From a virus (lineage: Duplodnaviria > Caudoviricetes), in the IMG/VR virus record IMGVR_UViG_3300045741_000280, positions 1-61,679 of that record: a DNA stretch of 61,679 nucleotides; one strand, 5' to 3'. The notes under the pieces were generated by a model, which saw only the letters and a list, made by a program, of their open reading frames with translations, was not told where the DNA came from and made no database searches. Position 1 is the first letter of the stretch; each line of letters begins with the position of its first letter. This document shows, piece by piece, positions 59,101 through 61,679 of this stretch. A program made the position numbers and the translations under genes.

Positions 59101-61565
59101 TATCTTTATCTGCTACAGTTGCTGCACAGACCAATCAAACTGTTGGCCTATATGCCTTAGGTAACACCACTCAAAATTCATCCACTACACTAGATGCAAG
59201 AACTCTTTCTTTAAATGGGTTGGGAAATATAACTGTTGGATATAGTAATGGTAGTGTACAAATATCAGGAAGTCAGTCCACTGTTCCGCAAAATGTATCC
59301 CTGTTTGCACTGGGTAATACCACTCAAAATAGCAGTTCGCAGTTATCTGTTAATGCTCTATCTTTAAATGCCATTGGTTCACTTACAATAGGATATTCAA
59401 ATGGTTCTATACAATTTAGTGCTCCTAATGCCCTAACTACGCAATCCGTACAGACACAGAGTAGATTTAACCTAACTCTATCTGGTAATTCTACATCAGG
59501 AGGAGGAGGATATATACAAATATCTTCAGGCGTAATGACCTTAGCCGGAGGAAATAACATAACTCTTTCTCAGGATGGAAATGCTGTCACCATATCTGCC
59601 GGGGCTGGAGGAGCTGCAACAGCTATTTCTGGTGTAATAGGCTCTAATACCACTTACACTTCCGGGTCTGTTTCCCTCAGAGATTTAAATGGTATTAGTT
59701 GGCAATCTACAACTGGGCAAGCATTTCAAATAACCCATGACTTGCAATACACCTCTAACACAAGTAACATCACGTCTAATGCTCTGAACACTTCCGCGTC
59801 AAGAGTTCAGGCTATCATGGTTGGTACGGCTACAAACGCCGCAACGAATCAGACATCTGTACTTTCAGGTACTATTACACTTAGTAATTTAAACGGAATA
59901 TCATTTTATTCAACAGCAAGTGGGGCAACGTCAGGTATTGCTGCAAGTTACACCGTACCCACTGTAACTAATAGTTCATTTTCCGTACAGGATAGCGCCA
60001 CTACAATTAATCCAGTAAACAGGATAGCTTTCAGTACAGGAAATAATATTACACTTTCCCTATCAACAGGTGCAAGTAGCGTAACAGTTGGTGTAGCACA
60101 CAATCTTGCAGGAACATCTACTGGATTCACAGGTGGTGCTTCTATAAGCGGCTCTATGACACACAATTCAAGTGGGTTGGCAATTTCATTAAGCCATCCG
60201 GCATGGATAAGTTCGCAAACAAATCAGACAGTGGGAATGTATGCCGTTTCAAACACCACCCAAAATTCATCAACCACATTGGATGCACGCACTCTATCAT
60301 TTCAGGGAGCTGGTGTGGCCTCTGTAGGATTTTCTAATGGATCGGTGATAATATCTGTTCCGTCAGGAGGAGGCGGATTAACAAATATAAATGTTAGTGG
60401 TGGCACTACATCAAGCAACCTTTCCAACTTTAAATTAATTGATTCCAACGGTGTGTCGTGGTCATTAGATACGGGATCAAAAATATACGCAACAGTAAAA
60501 ACAGACTATCTTACCACCCAAACCAACCAAACAGTGGGTGTATATGCAAGTTCCCAGACAACGGGTTCTGTATCATCCTACACCTATGATGCAAGAAGTT
60601 TATCAATTATAGGTGCGGGAGGAATTTCCATTGGTAACAATTCAACAAGTGCCGGAGGAACAACAACCGGAATATTAATATCAGCACCGGCTACATCGTC
60701 TCTTTCAGGAACAGGGCAGGTTAGTATAGCCATTAATGGAGCAACAATATCAATCGGAGTTCCCAACCCATATATTTCATCTTACCAGAATTTACCCTCA
60801 ATAGCGGCATCTTCGTTATTAACATGGGGAGCTACATCTCTATCTCATGCAGCGGCATTTAATTTACCAGAGCAGGGATCATTTAGCTTTATTCGGATTC
60901 CTGCTTTAATGACTACTAATAGCACCACTATAGCTACATTAGCTTCTGCTACAGCATCGGCCTCAGGAGCTTTATATAGCACTATTAACGCTGTTGTTTA
61001 TTCATTAGGAGTGGGAGCAAGTTCAAAGAGTTTACAATACGTTACAAGTGGACAGGGTTTATATACAATGTCTCAGCAAATAAGTGTTACAAATAGTACA
61101 CAGGCAAGCTATTCTTTAGGATTCACCGCAGAAGTGGAAGGACAGGCTGGACGAACTAATTTAACAACTCAATATTCTGTAAGTAACACCAACTATTCAT
61201 TTACTACAAACCAAATAGCAACCAATTTTTCAAGTGCAAGATTTTTAGACATACCATTCGCTGCCTCATTATCAGCCGGGCCATATTGGATGATAGTAGG
61301 AATGAGTTCCTCTTCCGCATCAGGAGGAGCAGCAGGGTTGGCGGCTCTCACTAATTGTAATGTAAGATATTCAGGACATTATGGAGTGTCACAGGCAGTG
61401 CTATCTATGGGTGTAATGGGTTCAACAAACTTATCAACTCAGGGGTTGGGAGCAGGATCATTCTCCACAGCTGGAGGTGGTACAACTAATTCCCTACCAA
61501 TTTCAGCTATTTCTTCTATGGCTAGTAATGCCATGGTTTATTTCCAAATGTTGAGAAGTGCATAA
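56130..61565 (+). CDS. Giant repetitive fibre 3 with Mtd-N-like N-terminal anchor (about 1811 aa, non-AUG start inferred)
   Basis: The frame is open from TAA 56115-56117. The 43 codons upstream of the tracked GTG (56259) encode AVIIQIRRDLAANWVAANPILASGEIGLETD...FKIGNG, the recognisable major-tropism-determinant N-terminal module. The body is Ser/Thr/Gly/Asn repeats. Confidence 0.8.
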   Translation: MAVIIQIRRDLAANWVAANPILASGEIGLETDVYPHPFKIGNGVTPWNGLGYEFNGVGGGGTVSAGTQTLSLGSLIFSNAHGVSFGLSSNTITASVKTDYQSSNANYLTSQSNQAVSGSNGSFTFQTISFGNSNGLSFYTSNGSVVGSYTTPAGTNSSFTVSAGTRSETISQLVFSNSNGISFGLTGGTVTATVKTDYQSSGAYLTTAMLSNAVTISNINVSGGTTSSNLSNFKLIDSNGVSWSLDTGSKIYASVKTDYQSSGAYLTTQSGQAFSADASSTFQTLVLQDSNGISFSNNAGSLRLTHGLQYTSATSNITSNALNTSASRVINIVAATNNTGGGTASLSSNVSFSNVNGATFYTSAGNAVALSYTVPTQSNQNISLFALGNTTQNSSTVLNASNLSFNGLGIVTMGYSNGSVQVSASQSTVAQNISLFALNQTTQNSSTALSANALSIAGRGIVTVGYSNGSIQISATEVAQTNQTVGVYASSQTTGSASSATYDARSLSIIGAGIISIGNHSTSAGGTTTGIIISASQSADTAKAGTGFTSAGNNIGLTGTLNTNGLSLSATVAAQTNQTVGIYASSQTTGSASSGTYDARSLSFIGAGAISIGNHSTSAGGTTTGIIISAPVQSVQTQNVHNLTLSGNSTSAGAGYIQVSSGTLTLAGGNNITLSQNGNAITISGPNVGGAQTGISGIAASNTTYTSGSVTFRDGNGISWASTTGQQISITHDLQFTSNTSAITSNALNTSASSRFIQNWKLTGNTAGTTSSAQGSDLWLAGGNGVTISGSSNTLSFSVATNYQSQGAYLTTAMQSNAATISNINVSGGTTSSNLSNFKLIDSNGVSWSLDTGSKIYATVKTDYLTTAMASNASTQFVQANAGFNGTNASGTIASNSISVSVAAQTNQTIGIYGSSQTTGSASSGTYDARSLSFIGAGIISIGNHSTSAGGTTNGVIISAIQSVDTNKAGTGFTTAGNNIGLSGTLNTNGLSLSATVAAQTNQTVGLYALGNTTQNSSTTLDARTLSLNGLGNITVGYSNGSVQISGSQSTVPQNVSLFALGNTTQNSSSQLSVNALSLNAIGSLTIGYSNGSIQFSAPNALTTQSVQTQSRFNLTLSGNSTSGGGGYIQISSGVMTLAGGNNITLSQDGNAVTISAGAGGAATAISGVIGSNTTYTSGSVSLRDLNGISWQSTTGQAFQITHDLQYTSNTSNITSNALNTSASRVQAIMVGTATNAATNQTSVLSGTITLSNLNGISFYSTASGATSGIAASYTVPTVTNSSFSVQDSATTINPVNRIAFSTGNNITLSLSTGASSVTVGVAHNLAGTSTGFTGGASISGSMTHNSSGLAISLSHPAWISSQTNQTVGMYAVSNTTQNSSTTLDARTLSFQGAGVASVGFSNGSVIISVPSGGGGLTNINVSGGTTSSNLSNFKLIDSNGVSWSLDTGSKIYATVKTDYLTTQTNQTVGVYASSQTTGSVSSYTYDARSLSIIGAGGISIGNNSTSAGGTTTGILISAPATSSLSGTGQVSIAINGATISIGVPNPYISSYQNLPSIAASSLLTWGATSLSHAAAFNLPEQGSFSFIRIPALMTTNSTTIATLASATASASGALYSTINAVVYSLGVGASSKSLQYVTSGQGLYTMSQQISVTNSTQASYSLGFTAEVEGQAGRTNLTTQYSVSNTNYSFTTNQIATNFSSARFLDIPFAASLSAGPYWMIVGMSSSSASGGAAGLAALTNCNVRYSGHYGVSQAVLSMGVMGSTNLSTQGLGAGSFSTAGGGTTNSLPISAISSMASNAMVYFQMLRSA
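56781..60509 (+). repeat. Dispersed protein-level repeat families in fibre 3
   Basis: The 42-aa unit NINVSGGTT...VKTDY occurs at 56781, 58596 and 60384. QTNQTxGxY.SSQTTGS...YDARSLS occurs 4 times, NxTQNSS...(Y/F)SNGS 5 times and KAGTGFT.AGNNIGL 2 times. Confidence 0.9.
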
Positions 61566-61679
61566 TGCCAGGAACAGCAACGATAGGATGGATGGGTAAT
61601 ACAGCACCAACAGGATTAGTTGTTGTTTCGTCAGACACTAAGACTGGCGCTGGAAATGCTTTAGCTGCCCATGCTCTTA
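61565..61679 (+). CDS. Start of next gene (partial)
   Basis: TAATG overlap with the fibre 3 stop; MPGTATIGWMGNTAPTG... is open to the window end. Confidence 0.65.
   Translation, partial: MPGTATIGWMGNTAPTGLVVVSSDTKTGAGNALAAHAL

Noticed and set aside
229-60766. Numerous minus-strand and nested short ORFs in the ORF track
   Set aside because: All lie within long plus-strand genes and mirror their codon bias (e.g. poly-Val opposite poly-Thr), with no independent signals.
56130-61565. Diversity-generating retroelement target suggested by the Mtd-like N-terminus
   Set aside because: Only the anchor module is Mtd-like. No reverse transcriptase is in the window, and repeat differences are synonymous rather than adenine-specific as in TR/VR pairs.
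1-61679. Stop-codon reassignment (TAG/TGA), common in some crAss-like phages
   Set aside because: ORFs up to 3950 aa are intact under the standard code, coding density is near complete, and TGA and TAG both act as stops at gene junctions.

Overview
The whole window is a single co-oriented (+ strand) block of virion genes from a crAss-like phage (order Crassvirales), probably infecting a Bacteroidetes host. It contains, in order: a scaffold-like protein, the major capsid protein, head/tail ring proteins, a holin-like gene and M15 endolysin, Cys-rich hub/fibre proteins, a metallophosphoesterase, an HU/IHF-like protein, the tail tubular and tail stabilisation (muzzle) proteins, and a free-standing HNH endonuclease. 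Four injected-cargo genes follow, including a 3950-aa virion RNA polymerase polyprotein (GSDFDIDKL). The last 19 kb is a host-recognition module with three long fibres, two bifunctional polysaccharide lyases and a second set of lysis genes. Four Bacteroidetes-type (-33/-7) promoters and two intrinsic terminators are visible. The standard genetic code is used. The most notable observations are: a perfect beta-clamp-binding motif (QLSLF) at the C-terminus of the virion RNAP; repeated fibre + dual-lyase gene pairs suggesting a modular tip-docking depolymerase system; a cargo protein punctuated by recurring x-x-x-G(G) motifs like a polyprotein; amino-acid-identical but codon-scrambled repeats in a fibre that appears to start at a non-AUG codon; and pervasive Cys-rich and mucin-like Thr/Ser modules on virion proteins. 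Family assignments come from motif recognition and gene order only; no searches were run.
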